Source: Atractiella rhizophila (lineage: Eukaryota). Taken from it: 64,000 nucleotides of DNA. A program made the position numbers and the translations under genes. This document shows, piece by piece, positions 28,357-41,700 of this stretch (position 1 is the stretch's first letter; each line of letters begins with the position of its first letter). The stretch is taken from assembly GCA_021432655.1 (NCBI GenBank), contig MU271236.1, forward strand, positions 62,001 to 126,000. Reading direction: 5' to 3'. The notes beneath the pieces were generated by a model. The model was not told the origin of the DNA and did not search any database. It saw nothing but the letters and a program-made list of their open reading frames with translations.

Positions 28357-31133
28357 ATGTCGGACAATTACTCCAAGCTCAACCTTCTCCTCTCCAAATC
28401 CAACCTATACTCTAAAATCATCGCTGAGAAACTAGAGAAAGAGAGACGAGCAAAAGCCGAAGCCGATCTTCGAAAGGAGGAGAATGTAGAGGTGGAGCAG
28501 GAGCAGGAGCGAGAGCAGGAGATAAGCCCTGTCAAAGGAAAGAGGGGGAGGAAGAGAAAGAACGAAGATTCCACTGGCGGTCCAAGTAATGTGTGTCTGC
28601 CTCCACCCATTTTCAAATACGCCACGCTGACATGATATGAAAAAGTCGCGAAAGAAAGCTCGAAAGTCCGCCCCTTCTCGTCTCCAGGAAACCGACACGG
28701 TCTCTACCCCTTCTGCACCTCCTCAACTAGATTCAGCTTCACCTTCCTCTTCCACTTCCTTCCGCTCCCGCGTGCAACACATAGTCCCGGGAGCGACGCT
28801 GAAGACGTACCAATTGTCTGGGGTCGAATGGCTCCTGTCCCTTTTCGAGAATGGTCTCAATGGTGTCTTGGCCGACGAGATGGGTCTGGGAAAGACTTTG
28901 CAGACTATCGCTTTCATCGCTTACCTGCGGGATAGAGGCATAAACGGTCCTTTCCTCGTCGTTTGCCCGTTGTCAACACTTGGCAATTGGGTGAGCGAGT
29001 TTGCGCGCTTCGCACCATCTTTGCATGTCGTCAAGTACCATGGCACGCCAGCGGAGAGGGAGGAGATGAGGAGGAAGTGGAAGTCTTTGAAGGATAACGA
29101 TGTTTGGCCTGTCATCGTGACGAGTTATGAGATGACGATGAGAGATCGGAAGTTCCTCACTGGTCCGCATCGGAGGTATCAGTACATCGTCGTGGATGAG
29201 AGTCACCGATTGAAGAATATGAATTGCAAGCTGATCAGGGAGCTGAAGACGTATAATAGTGAGAATAGGCTCCTCTTGACTGGTACCCCGCTACAAAGTT
29301 CGTCTCTCCTGCCACCTTGCTTTCGGGCCTCCCATCCTGATTCTGATTTGAACAGACAATCTTGCTGAATTATGGTCTCTACTCAATTACATTCTTCCGC
29401 AAATATTCGACGACCTTGATAACTTCACATCCTGGTTCAACTTCACCGAAGAGGAAAACGATGAGAAAGGAGGAGATGGAACGGAAGAGGCGAAGGAAGA
29501 AAAAACGGATGTGTTGAATGCCAAACAGAGCGAAGCTGTCGTAGAGCAGTTGCACGTTATCTTGAAGCCTTTCCTATTAAGGAGGGTGAAAGCGGAGGTA
29601 GAGAGGGATATACCAAGGAAGAAGGTCAGTCCTTTGAACTCGACGAACGCTGATGTGAACGAATGACCTAGGAGTACCTCCTCTCTTGCCCCCTAACCCA
29701 ACAGCAGAAGACACTCTACGACGCCGTGCTGAAGGGGCAGATTCGAGATGTGCTCCTCCATTCAAAACTCGACGAAGGCGCAACAGAAATCTCACCTCCC
29801 AAGACTCCTAACGCAAGCACCGTCTCCATCGCCTCCTCTGACACAGAGAGCCCTTCTGTCAGCGGAAGTCGCCCAGTTCGAAGGGGACGGGGGAAGAAAC
29901 GCTTGTATCGGGAAAATGATTTTGAAGGCCTGTCGGAGAAGGCGTTCTTGAGACAGCTCAACAAGGAGATAGATGAGAAGGAGGCTTTAGCGAGGGTGGA
30001 GAGGGGAAATGAAGAGGAGAGGAGGAAGGAATATGATTTAAAGAAAGCGAAGAAAGAGATCAATAACCTCAAGTTGCAGAATGTCGTCATGCAACTAAGA
30101 AAAATCTGTAATCATGTCCGTCCTGCCTTCCTTCCTCTCTTCGTTGTCCTAATGCCTTCTCGGAATGGCAATAGCCGTGGCTTATGGACTGGCCTAAGGA
30201 TCCCGATACTGGTTTGCCTAGCATGAGCGACGACCTCGTCAATGCATCGGGCAAGATGTTCTGTCAGTCTTGCTCTTCTCTCCTTTCTCGTGACGCTGAT
30301 AATGCGACTGCAGTGCTTGATCGATTATTAGAACGTTTGTTTGCTCAGAACCACAAAGTACTTCTCTTCTCCCAATTCACATCTATGTTAGATGTCATTG
30401 AGGGTAGGTCTTCTCTCTTGTCTTCTTGATGGTAAGTGTCGATCCATGCTACAGATTGGGCGGTGGAAATTAAAGGATGGCCCGCACCTGCTCGGATTGA
30501 CGGAAGTTCAAAGCAAGACGAGAGAGTTGAAGAGATGCGGCGTTTCACTGAAGGACAAGGGGAAGGTGATCCAAAGCTCTTCCTCCTGAGCACACGAGCA
30601 GGAGGTGTGGGAATCAACCTCACTGCTGTACGTCTTGTCGTTATCTCTGAATTAATTCCTGTTGACTAGTCGAATAGGCCGACACCGTCATCCTCTTTGA
30701 TTCAGATTGGAACCCTACCGTCGATATGCAGGCCATCGATCGCTCCCATCGTATTGGGCAAACCTCCCCCGTTCTCGTCTTCCGCCTCGTCTGTGGCTCT
30801 ACTGTCGAATCAAGGATGCTGAAGAAAGCGGGGCTCAAACGCAAATTGGGTCAGATGGTGATCGAGAAAGGGAACTTCAAAGTTCCAGGGGAACAGCAAG
30901 ATCGGCTCGCGTATCAAGTGGACGAGGAGGACATCCTCGGTTTGAACGACATTAAGCTTGCAGACAAGCAGACGGTCGTCATGACAGACGAAGAACTTGA
31001 CCTACTTCTTGATAGGTCTGACGCTGCATTTGATAGAGCGAAGAGCTGGAGAGTGGATGGTGCCAAGAGCGGCATTGAAGTTTTCGAGAGCGACGCAGGC
31101 ATGAACGCGACGCTCGGGACAGTCGCGTCTTGA
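28357..31133 (+). CDS. IRC5: SNF2-family chromatin remodeller of the Lsh/HELLS/DDM1/Irc5 type
   Basis: [17 protein letters not shown]-helix, [66 protein letters not shown]. The true start may lie in upstream exons (about 27850-28300). Confidence 0.88.
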
Positions 31134-31749
31134 ATATCTCACGTGTCTTTCTTGGGAATTCGTTTTCTTCGGCTTTCCATCATTGAGGATTTGTTTTCAG
31201 TCTCACTTTCAACATTTTCCATGGATGCATTACTATGTTATGTTGCTTCTACCCAGCTAAACATTATTCCAATGGAGCCGCTTCTTCAACGCGGCTTCGA
31301 GGCAAAGTTTCGGGTGCACAAATTGGCACAAGAAGTGGGTGGGCAATCAACTACTTACCATCCAAATCTCGGCTTTATCGCTTCAAGATGAATGATGATT
31401 GAACAAAGCTAAGCTGGATTGGGAAAAGCGTGGAACTCTCATCATGCCATCGATTATCGATCTTAGCGACGAATGTGTTTGGTGCCAGTGGAAAGAGGAG
31501 GTTTACGCATGATGCAACAGACTGTTAGTATATTCTCCACCGTTGTGAACACACGGCCACGACAACAGCACGGCATTTCGCACAGAAGTAGTGTGGTGTG
31601 TCATATGTGCGCCAACACCCAGAGCCGAGTCCTAATAATCTCAGCATCTATTCTCCGCGCCATCGCCATAAAAGACCAGCGAGGCTCAACTTCCCATTCC
31701 ATCCCTTCTGCAACTCTATTCACCTTGACACCTCCAGATTTACCTGAAG

Positions 31750-32502
31750 ATGAAAGTGTTTCCTACTGTCTGCGCTCTTGTGGCACTTGTCTCTAGCGTA
31801 GCTGGACAAACTGAGATTACTGGCGTCAAGGGACGAGAGTGAGTCTTCTCAAGTTAGTATAACAGTTTAACAGATTGGATTAGGATCGCTATCGATGGAG
31901 GATCTCCTAGGGGAGCTTGTCAGGTTACATTCTCCAAGAATGATTACATTGTTCGTCTTTACTTTCACATTCAGTTAACAATCAGTGTGCTCACTTTCTG
32001 CACAGGGGTTTATTCCCAAGACGATCTGGGATGAAGCCCAAGCTGCATCTGGATCTACGTGAGCTCCTCTGACATAAACCTACTGCCGCGCACTGATTTG
32101 CTCTGTTGAAAAGCGACCCTCTCGCTAACCCCTTCTGCACGCAAGCCTATACTGTCACTGCTGTATACAATGAGACCGGCACCACTGTGAGTGGTGTGCG
32201 AATCGTTGATGTGTGTCTTGTCCTTTATTAGAATGAAGAACTTGCACTAACTGTTTCTCCTCAGTACTATCGTTTCGATGGTTAGTTGCTTTTCCCTTCC
32301 TACAGTGTTGTTGCTGATAACGACGGATGCGAAGACACGCTCTACGACCTCTGGCTCACCGTCGGACCTCTTTACGCTCTACAAAACAATGTCAATCTGA
32401 AGAGCGTCATTGATGGAGTTTCCGTAAGATTGCATACTCCTCTCTCTCCGCAAGTACTGAGAATAATCTTTTAAACAGTACGAAGTTGTAGGTTCCCCCT
32501 AA
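31750..32502 (+). CDS. Small secreted RlpA/double-psi beta-barrel (expansin/loosenin-like) protein, 7 exons; not assembled in the ORF track
   Basis: Six GT-AG introns give MKVFPTVCALVALVSSVAG...GACQVTFSKNDYI...DPLANPFC...VRIVD...YDLWLT...YEVVGSP*. Has a signal peptide, GAC and NPxC motifs, and a TATA-like CATAAAA near 31667. Confidence 0.7.
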
Positions 32503-32963
32503 AGAAAGAAACTGAAAGGCTAGTCCTGAGATGGTGGATGAATAATGTAATCAGTTTCCTTCGCCACGAATTGCAACGAATAAAGGCCGTTGAGTCCATG
32601 AAGCTGCCCTGCTGAAAACGATCTTAAGAATGGCTCAGCATTCTCAATCAAGTCGACAAGCGAATGATAATGAAAACCGCATGTGGAATTGTTATTCGTT
32701 GCGACTCGCGAGGCATTTAGCCTTTGTTATGTTGCCAGGACTACGATGGTTGATGAGAGTATGACCCTGGAGAGTGCGACATATATTTCATGAAGAATTA
32801 AGTTAAACTCTATGTGGACCACAGCGAGAAATTGTGTTAGATTCGGTTGGATACAAGCTTCCTTGTTTGCTGTTTTGATATTTTGACATTCAATACTCAC
32901 AGACAAGCATTCATCGGAAAGACAAAGTGAACACGGTCACATTGTGACGCAGACAAGAATGAT

Positions 32964-35900
32964 TCAAAGTTCCGGCCATCGAAAGGTAGTTGCAAGATGC
33001 GTCTGAAGGAAAGAATTAGGCCACAGTACTAGTAGAAACAAGTACTGACCATCAAAACTTCTTGCTCCTCTTGTGTGCAGCGAAGCAATATCTGAGTGAG
33101 AATGGCCTGGTCTTCAGGTGCTTGAGTGCCCAACTTATCCCAGTCCCCTCGTGACATTCTCCACACCACGCTGTCCCTCTCAGCAACAACTCTTACGGTC
33201 CTTTTGATGTTTGACAAGAAAGTAAATTCTCCAGCAAGAGTTCCTAAGGCACAAATTAAAACCTATGATTGAACTTGGCATGAACTAACCAGGTAACATG
33301 GTTTCCGATAGTTTGTTATGCATTTGGTTCGTATTTGAAGTTGGAAACGAGTATCCAGCGCGCAACATTCCAGTCTCGATAACGTAGAAAGAGTTTGCTT
33401 CATCATTGACATTCCAAAGAACGTCTCCACGCTTAATAGTGACCCGTTGAAAGTACGGTATTAGACGAAGAAAATATGATTGGTCGAGTTGGCGAGCAAA
33501 CGGTTTGAGCGATAGGAGAAGGAGAGGAAGTGGTTGCGCAAAATTCTGCATCAGATTCTTCCCTTCGCTCGCTACTAACAGGTTAATTGGTAGTCAGGTG
33601 AAGGAAAGAGGACGGACAGATTTGCAAGTTTTCGTGCGCTGCTGCCTGCAAATGAATCCGCCGAGGTGATTGACTGAACAGATGGAAACTAGAAAGGTTT
33701 TCCTGTGGTGGAATGACAGCTGGCACATCTATTAAACGGTTAGCTTTGATGTTATTCTTTGAGTGGCGGAAGACAGACCGATACCAATACTTTGAAAGTC
33801 AGAGCCCGTGGCTTTCGCAGCAATCAATCCAGAGGAGTATAGCGACCTGAGGTACTCGTTCTCACAGTGCTAGGAGGCAATGAGTCAAAGAGAATGTATC
33901 TAAGGATGCTGACATACCTCGAGAGCCTCATTCAGCGTTGCATACACTTCGACCCTCCCGTCGCTCTCGCCGGCCCACAATCCAACAGACCTCAGCGCCT
34001 TTCCAATGCTCGACTCCGGCTTTGTGCCACAGAAGACGAGGACTACTGCCTTTGCATCCAACTGGCGCTTGATACGAAGGAACGCTTCTGCAGCTGAAAA
34101 GTCGACTCCTGCTTCTAGGTCAGGCTGTGAGTTTGTCGCAAACGAGAATGACTTGCCACTGGCAAGGGTGAAATCAACAATGAGGTACCGCACGGGATTG
34201 GAGGTCCATTCGGAGGCGTCCAGAATAGCGCGCATTGTCGCCTCGCATTTTGAAATCGTCCCAAAGAACACTGCGGCATGGCATGAGTGATATTCAGGAG
34301 ACGCAGCAACGACTTAACAATGAGTCAAAGCGAACGTATCGAAGGACGCTGACGTACCTCGAGAGCCTCATTCAACGTTGCATACACTTCGACCCTCCCA
34401 TCGCTCTCACCTGCCCACAATCCAACGGACCTCAGCGCTTTTCCAATGCTCGACTCCGGCTTTGTGCCACAGAAGACTAGGACTACTGCCTTTGCATCCA
34501 ACTGGCGCTTGATACGAAGGAACGCTTCTGCAGCTGAAAAGTCGACTCCTGCTTCTACGTCAGGCTGTGAGTTTGTCGCAAACGAGAATGACTTGCCACT
34601 GGCAAGGGTAAAATCAACAATGAGGTACCGCACGGGATTGGAGGTCCATTCGGAGGCGTCCAGAATAGCGCGCATTGTCGCTTCGCATTTTGAAATCGTC
34701 CCAAAGAACACTGCGGCATGGCATGAGTGATATTCAGGAGACGCAGCAACGACTTACAAAAGCCTTGGAGTTTCAAGATTTTCGTTTGTGAACCCTTCAA
34801 TCTCGCAGTCAATCTGTGAACAGGGAAAGAAAAACTTGAAACATACCACCTGTTTAAGGAAAGCATTTTGCTTTGGATGCCGCCGCACTGTCGAACGAGC
34901 AGTTGCTCCATTCATGACCGCCCGAATTGCGCTGCCCTGCGAGGCAGTGATGACAAAGGAAATGCAAGCTAGAATGATGCCTGCTCCAATGCCAACCACA
35001 AAGTCCCATAATGTCATGACCACAACACTGTTCCAATCACATTAGAAATTGTGTCCTGCTGACTTTCGATTCGATAACAAACTCACATAGCAACAATAGT
35101 GAAGTACTCGAAACCAGCCACCCGCCCATAAGTGTCCCATAGTGCTTCCTTCATCAAATCGAAACCAAGTACATAGATCAAAGCGCCGACCACCATGACC
35201 GGAAGGAATCCAATGATCTTCGGGCCAGCAATAAGGACCCTTCATCCGTGCCACATCAACATCTCGGGTACTGGGCAAATCGACCACCTACCCAGTGGAC
35301 GCAGCAGCAAGCAACACTCCGGCGACCCTGGTGTCGCCTCCGACACGATAGAAAAGTACGGAATTGACATAGCACAAATAGTTTGGAACGCTGCCCGCTG
35401 CCCCGCTGAGAAAGTTCGAAATTCCATGGGCTCTCAGCTCGCGGTTCGTATCCACGTTATCTTCTCCAATGGAGATTCCGAGCGATGGAACATTGATTGG
35501 GACATGAAGTAAGGCGAAGAAAACAAGCGCAAATTGAGTGGGCAGAGTCTTGAGGAGCGCAGGGACGTTGGTTTTTCCGAAATCTATGCTCTCCGTCAGT
35601 TCGATCTGAGGAGAGGAGGAAGTAGAAACGTGCTCACCGAAGTATGTCCAGTATTCGTAGAAAGGGGTATCAACACCTTCGAGTTCGAAAACCCATCCCT
35701 TCTCTCGAAGTGTCGCAAGCGGAGTGCCAATGATGAGGACTACGGCGTAGAAGATGATGGGAATCACAATGAAGTATCCTGTGAAGATGAGAGGGTGACT
35801 AAATTTGTAGGTAATGAGTCGGAGGAGGGTAGCAAGGGCGAGTGGGACCGTCTAAGCAGTTCTTATCTTCAGCGACAATAAAATATCAAATATCGGTGAG

Positions 35901-38290
35901 GAAGAAGCATACCCAAAGTGGCAGAACCGCCAACTCGAAAAAGTGGCGCACCGTTTCCAACGAAAACTCCACGCTCTCGTCCTCCAACCGTGCAGAGACC
36001 TCAAGACCAGTGATAAAGAGAAAAGCCCCAACACCACCGATACAGCCGATCAGGACACTCCTGGGGAAGAATCCGATGAGCGTTCCCAGCTTCGCCGCAC
36101 CGAGGATGTAAAATGTGAGGCCCGTAAGGATGCTCGAGAGGGCAAAGGCGACCATGGTCGTGGGCACCACCTCGTCCTCGCGTCGCGAGGCGGACATGAT
36201 GGTATCGACCATGACGTGGAGGAAAGGGACGACCTCGATCATCATGCTCCCGTTTCCAGAGACGAAGAGAGATCCTCCGAGGGTATAGGTGAGTTGGGAA
36301 ATGATGCAGGAGACGAAAAACATCGAGACTCCAATTCCGCCGAAATTGGCAAAGATGGGTATATTGGTCGGAAAGGTTACTGCCAGTCAGGAACAACTAT
36401 CAGAGGCGGGAGCTCAAACAGGATTGGGATTGACGCACTCAAGCCGTATGATACTCCGTCGAGAACATTCATGAGCGTCCCCAGCAACACAGCAGGCAGC
36501 GCTGCAAAAGGTTGCCGCCAATCAATGCTGAGTTTTTCCCTCCAACCCATTCTGCGCGACACGCTCGGTTTGTCGTTGGAGTAACCAAGCAAAGGTGTTC
36601 TCTCATCCACCATCTTTACAGTTCCCACTTTGACTGGAGGCAGTCCTCGCACCTTCACCTCCTCCTCCTCCTCTTCTGCTTCCTCATCTTCTGGTCCGCT
36701 GACAATAGGACTGGCGCTCGTGCTTGCAGCGGCAAGGGTGCTGGTTGACGGATGATGTTTGAGTGCGAGTGTAAGGTTGGAGGGGCGGACGGTCGAACTT
36801 TGTACGCCTGTTGGAGAGGAAAGGCCGGAAGAATGGTTGGAAGCGGAGCGGTGTGCTTGCGTGTCGATTAGGGATAGGGAAGCTAGTTGAGAGGTGCCTG
36901 TGGTGATGTCCGCTGTCAGCCATTATTCCTTTTTACATATTGGACACAGATCGCGCCAAATTCCCATAACGCGATCAGGTATCTTTCTCGCTTGATAATC
37001 ATATACCAAGTCAAAACAAAAATTACTAGTGAACGTAGCATTGACGCGTATTCAACCTTTGTAACAGAAATTGGTGAGTGGTATATCAATGCACTAAGAC
37101 GAAGGCACAGAAACTCGTAACTATTCTCATGCTATACATGCGATGGGCTCAACCCAGGAATCCCAATTTCCAGCAGTACATCGTGACTCTAGAGATGTAA
37201 CTAAGCGGTAAAACGGAGAGGATAGCCCTGAGCTCTTTACTCACTTTGTTAAGTGGGAAGCTCAGGGGAATCTATTGGGAATGACCTTTCTGGAGCTCAT
37301 GTCGATGATGATGAACAGCACAATTTCAATGCCTCAGGGTAGCGACAACAATGTGATTTGAATTTTTTCAAACGCTCACTGTTTTAGGGTCAAAGTAAAT
37401 GTTGAAACGGAGAAAGTGAACAAGACTGAGTGCTTTAGGAATGAATTGATATCTGAGAGAAAGTCGTCTCAACAGTCCACTGATATGTATGTTTCAGGCA
37501 CGAGACTCGAAAATAACACAGGATGTGAATATCTCTGAACATGTATATAGAGACAAACGGCGAAGTAGTGGTAGAAAACATAAGGCAGAAGTATTTCATG
37601 GGTTTTCAGCATTCTACGTTGCAAAAGGTCGTCATAGAAAGCATCTCTTTTGGGCTGGTTGGAAACTATATTTATTCAAAGTGGTATTTCGCCAGCTCCC
37701 AGAGTAAAGCAACCCATGAAGAACGTAACTTTGTTTGCTCGGTCTTCAAGAGAGGATATTTGTCTTCCCACTCTTCGACAGCCAACTCAATGGTACGGAA
37801 CATCAGCTCGTACAGTCGGATGTACTGCTTGATACGACCGTTGGTGCTGCTCTGAAGAGAGTGGACAGCTTTCAACTAACTAATATATGATAGCGAAAGT
37901 CTCTCCCTCCGCTCTTCTCATAGGCAGACTAGCTGGCACAACGAACTCAAGGCGAAAAGAATAAAAACACAAATTCTCTCTCTCCTTCACTCGAGTAAAA
38001 TAAGAATACACACCCTCTCTAATCTGCTCCTCCTCCGCCGTCCAGCTCCCCACATCCACCCCCCCACCACCACCAGCACTGTCGACAACACCCTCCTCTC
38101 TCCCCTCCTCAATATTCCTCTCCCTTTCTCTTTCCCGAACAGGCGTCATATTCAAATGAAACGACTGATACGACCTCCCCTGGTTGTTCAACTGCGGGAG
38201 ACTCCTCGACACCGACAACGACGCTGAGGCTGAAGCTGGACCAGGAGCCAAAGCGGAAGTAGAGGGGGGAGGGGAGACGGGTGATGCCAT
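32964..38290 (-). CDS. VSB1: Vsb1/YGR125W-like SulP transporter with STAS and cNMP-binding domains
   Basis: LPAVLLGTLMNVLDGVSYG, GSMMIEVVPF, FFPRSVLIGCIGGVG, LHVPINVPSL, RSTVRRHPKQ, GVDFSAAEAF and a C-terminal cNMP domain. First exon 38290-38014 joins through a 1116-nt intron to give IRE-G-TSQLA. Confidence 0.88.
33878..34757. repeat. 440-nt direct tandem duplication of the STAS-encoding two-exon module
   Basis: 33878-34317 and 34318-34757 are nearly identical, and both encode the same peptide. Confidence 0.95.
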
Positions 38291-38765
38291 TTCGGCGTTG
38301 TGGTATAAATATGGCGTGTGGATGAGGAATGAGAGAATATGAGGTCGGAGTAGAGTGGTGCAGACGAGCGATTAATGTGGATATGAGGGAATATCGCACC
38401 ACTGTAATACTCGTACAGTGTCACAGTCACAGTCACCGTAAATAAATAATAATTCAGGCGGAAGTCAAATAACGTTCATTCGATCGCAGCTGCTGCGCGC
38501 CATTTCAGCTGTTCTTCCCAGTTTCCCAAGTCGCTTACGTAAGTAGTGAACAGCGGACGGAAGTATAGTTTGTCAGTTTAGTATTTGTAAGCGGCGGCAG
38601 AGGCTGACAACGCTTCTGCCGATCTTGAATCCTCTCGACTCAACTGCTCCTGCTCAATAATCCGCAACGAACGACCACTTCGGCCTTCTCTCCTTCTTCT
38701 GCTCAAGCACGCAAAATCAAAATCAAAATCATAGTGGCAGTTGGCAGCGTAATAGTTTGAGAAGG

Positions 38766-41700
38766 ATGGCGCAAGACCATGCCCCGACGCCGATGACGGC
38801 CCTCTTCGACTCCCTCCTCGCCGGCGCACAAGCGTCCGCGTCCTCCTCCACATCCTCCGCATCCGGCATCCAGCCCTCCTTCTCCGCCGCCCCAGCGCCC
38901 ACATCCACCACCATCCACCCAATCCACCCACCACCACGACTTCCACCAGCGCCACCGCCACAGGGAGCAGAGCAGTAGCGGGGGAGTCACGGAGGCGCGC
39001 AAGAGCACCGCGCTGCCCCGCAACTCCGCCTGTCGCACCTGCCGCCTGCGCAAGGTCAAATGCGACGCGCTCCGCCCGCACTGCACGCCCTGCGTCAAGT
39101 CCGCCCGCGCGCACTCCATCCCCGTCGAGGAGGTCGGGTGCTCGTACGACGAGCCCGCCGCGTCGTCCTCCAAGGGCGGCGGTGCCTGCTGGTGCTGCTG
39201 GTGCGGAGGGTGGGGAGGGAGGGGGAGGGAGGAAGAGGAGGAGGAGGGAGGATGGGTCCGCGGTTGTTTCGGGGAGTGTGGGTGGACAGGCGGGGGCGGA
39301 GGGGAGTGCGGGTGCGGGTGCGAAGGGGAAGGGAGGGAGGGTGAAGGTTTTGGAGGATAAGATTGGTGTGTTTTCTCTTCTTTTTACTGTGAAGAAAGTG
39401 CAGTGTGTGGTGCGGGACGCGTCTTCTTTAACGCCAGTGTCAACGGCCATGTCGGCCTCTGGGCAAAGAATGGTGATGCCCGAAAATGAATTTCGGCGAC
39501 TCCATCCATCCGAAATCCCTGATCGCTCACACAATCATCCATCATATTTTCTCTTTCTTATTCCCCCATGCATGTTTAGTTGTTTTCTGAGAGGATAAGA
39601 GGGGGAAAATCGTCATGACTCGATCCGTTACATGATGCTCTCTGTCTTTATCAAGCATAGAGACTACGGATGGAGAATTGAACTTCATTGACATTTATAA
39701 TGGAGTTCTTTACCTCTGCTTGTCATTAACTACCGGAGAAAAGGACAATCCGCCGAGCGCGCTTTCACAAGTTGAACGCGTAATTGCTCAATGTTGGGAA
39801 TAAGACAACTTGCAGAGGAACTCTTTTTGAAGCCTTTCAAAGAAAACTTTTTACGTTGGAAGGAAATGGGTCGAACATTACACGACACATTTCTTGTCAC
39901 TGGCGATTTGAACCTAAAAGGATGGAGATCGCAATCGAATCCTCTCTCCGTTAAAGCAGATAACTGAACGAGCTCTTTTGTAATCAACAGCTGAACTCGA
40001 ACGCCTCATTCGCGAACAAGCCGCCATCAACGCCGGCAAAGCGATGACCTCCACCACCACCCCCCTCCCTCCGCCCACAACGACAAACGCAACCACCTCC
40101 GCTTCCTCCTTCGGGTTCACGAGCATGCCGGAGGCGGGAACGAGCGTGTCCGTCGCTGGGACGGGGGGCGGGATCGGAGTTGGAGGCGGCGGACCGGCGA
40201 TGTTCGACCCGTTCTCGACCCTCACGTCGCTCGCTGCTGGAACGGGCTGGAGGAGAGGAGCATGAATATGAACTTTGATTTTGGGATTGGGAGTGCGGCG
40301 TTGGGTGGCGCTGCGAAGAGTAATAGTGTTGGGCCGGGATTGACGGTGGGTGTTAGTCCCCAGCCGGGGACGGATGCTAGTCCGAGTAATTTGAGCGGTG
40401 GGGGAATGATCCGTTGTTGGAATTGTTGTGGCCGGGATGGAGCAAGACGTTGCCTAATCCTACCGTTGTGCAAGGTTCGTCATGCCCCACTCTCGTTCGA
40501 CGGTTAATTTATAAGTTGATTCGACCTGGACGGCTCACAGTGCTCGTCGACTCCTTCTTCACCCGCGATCACGCCGGCAAGAACCTAGTGGACAAAGCCA
40601 AGTTTTCCCGAAACCTCCTCCTGCCCCCTAACCACTCCTCCTTCCCCCACCTCTCGCTCATCCACGCCATCTGCGCCATCGGAGCCCGATTCGTCTCCCG
40701 CGACACCTTCTCCTTCGAATTCGAGGGCGTCCCGAAGTACTGGCTCAGCGCCGGGACGCCCGAGAACTACCATGCCCAATGCGCAAAGGAGTTCATCGAC
40801 GAAGCGATCGCGCAGGGTCGGAAACTGTTCCAGGTCGCACAGGCCATCGTCCTCGTCTCCTTCTACGCTTATTCCCACGCGCGCTACGTCGAGGTCTGGC
40901 TCTATTGTGGTCTCGGGACGAGATTGGCGACCCCGCTGGGGCTGAATCATCTCGAGGGAACGTATAAGGGAGATACGGGAAAGAAGGAGAGGAAGGAAAC
41001 GGCGGGGAAACCGTCGATCTTACCCCCGCCGGTGGATGATCAGGAAACGTTTGAGAGGGCAAGCACGTTTTGGTCCGCTTTTTGTTGTGATCGGTTCGCG
41101 AGCGCGAGCACTGGGTGGGCGACGAGTATTGACGAAGCTGATATTTCAACTTTGCTCCCGGTACCTCCTGGAGCTGATGTGGGAAGCTATAACCACACTG
41201 ATTCGTGAGTACGTCTTCCAGTAGAGAGACGACGATTGAATTGATGTCGCATAGACCACTCTCTATTTCATCACCTGACTTCCTTACCTCCCACCCACCA
41301 CATCTTGTCACCTCCTTCCAACTACACATCAAATCAGTAGTCCTCCTAGGTCGCGTCGTGACGTTCATGCAACGCGCTCCGTGGCCCATCGGGAAGAATC
41401 TTTGTGCGTTCTCTACCAAGACAAATTGAAGTGCGCTCATGCAGGTGGCTGATGACAGCACGAGGTGTTGCTGGTGCACCAAAGCACTTAGCCAGCGTGC
41501 CGTTGGGAACACCACTTGTGGATGTACGGAATAGGTTTGTCTCTGCTTAATTCATTGAACAGGATGTTGATCTTCGTTGATGAAGCAACGAGTTCAAACG
41601 ATTGGATGCGGATGTGGTCAAGTTTAGACTCAGCTTTCCAAAGGATTATAGTAATATGTTGGCGAAAAACGAGGATGGGCAAGTCGATTCCAACTTAGTC

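Noticed and set aside
38578..39534. 318-aa minus-strand ORF and other long antisense ORFs over GC-rich genes
   Set aside because: Shadow frames of real genes in low-complexity sequence.
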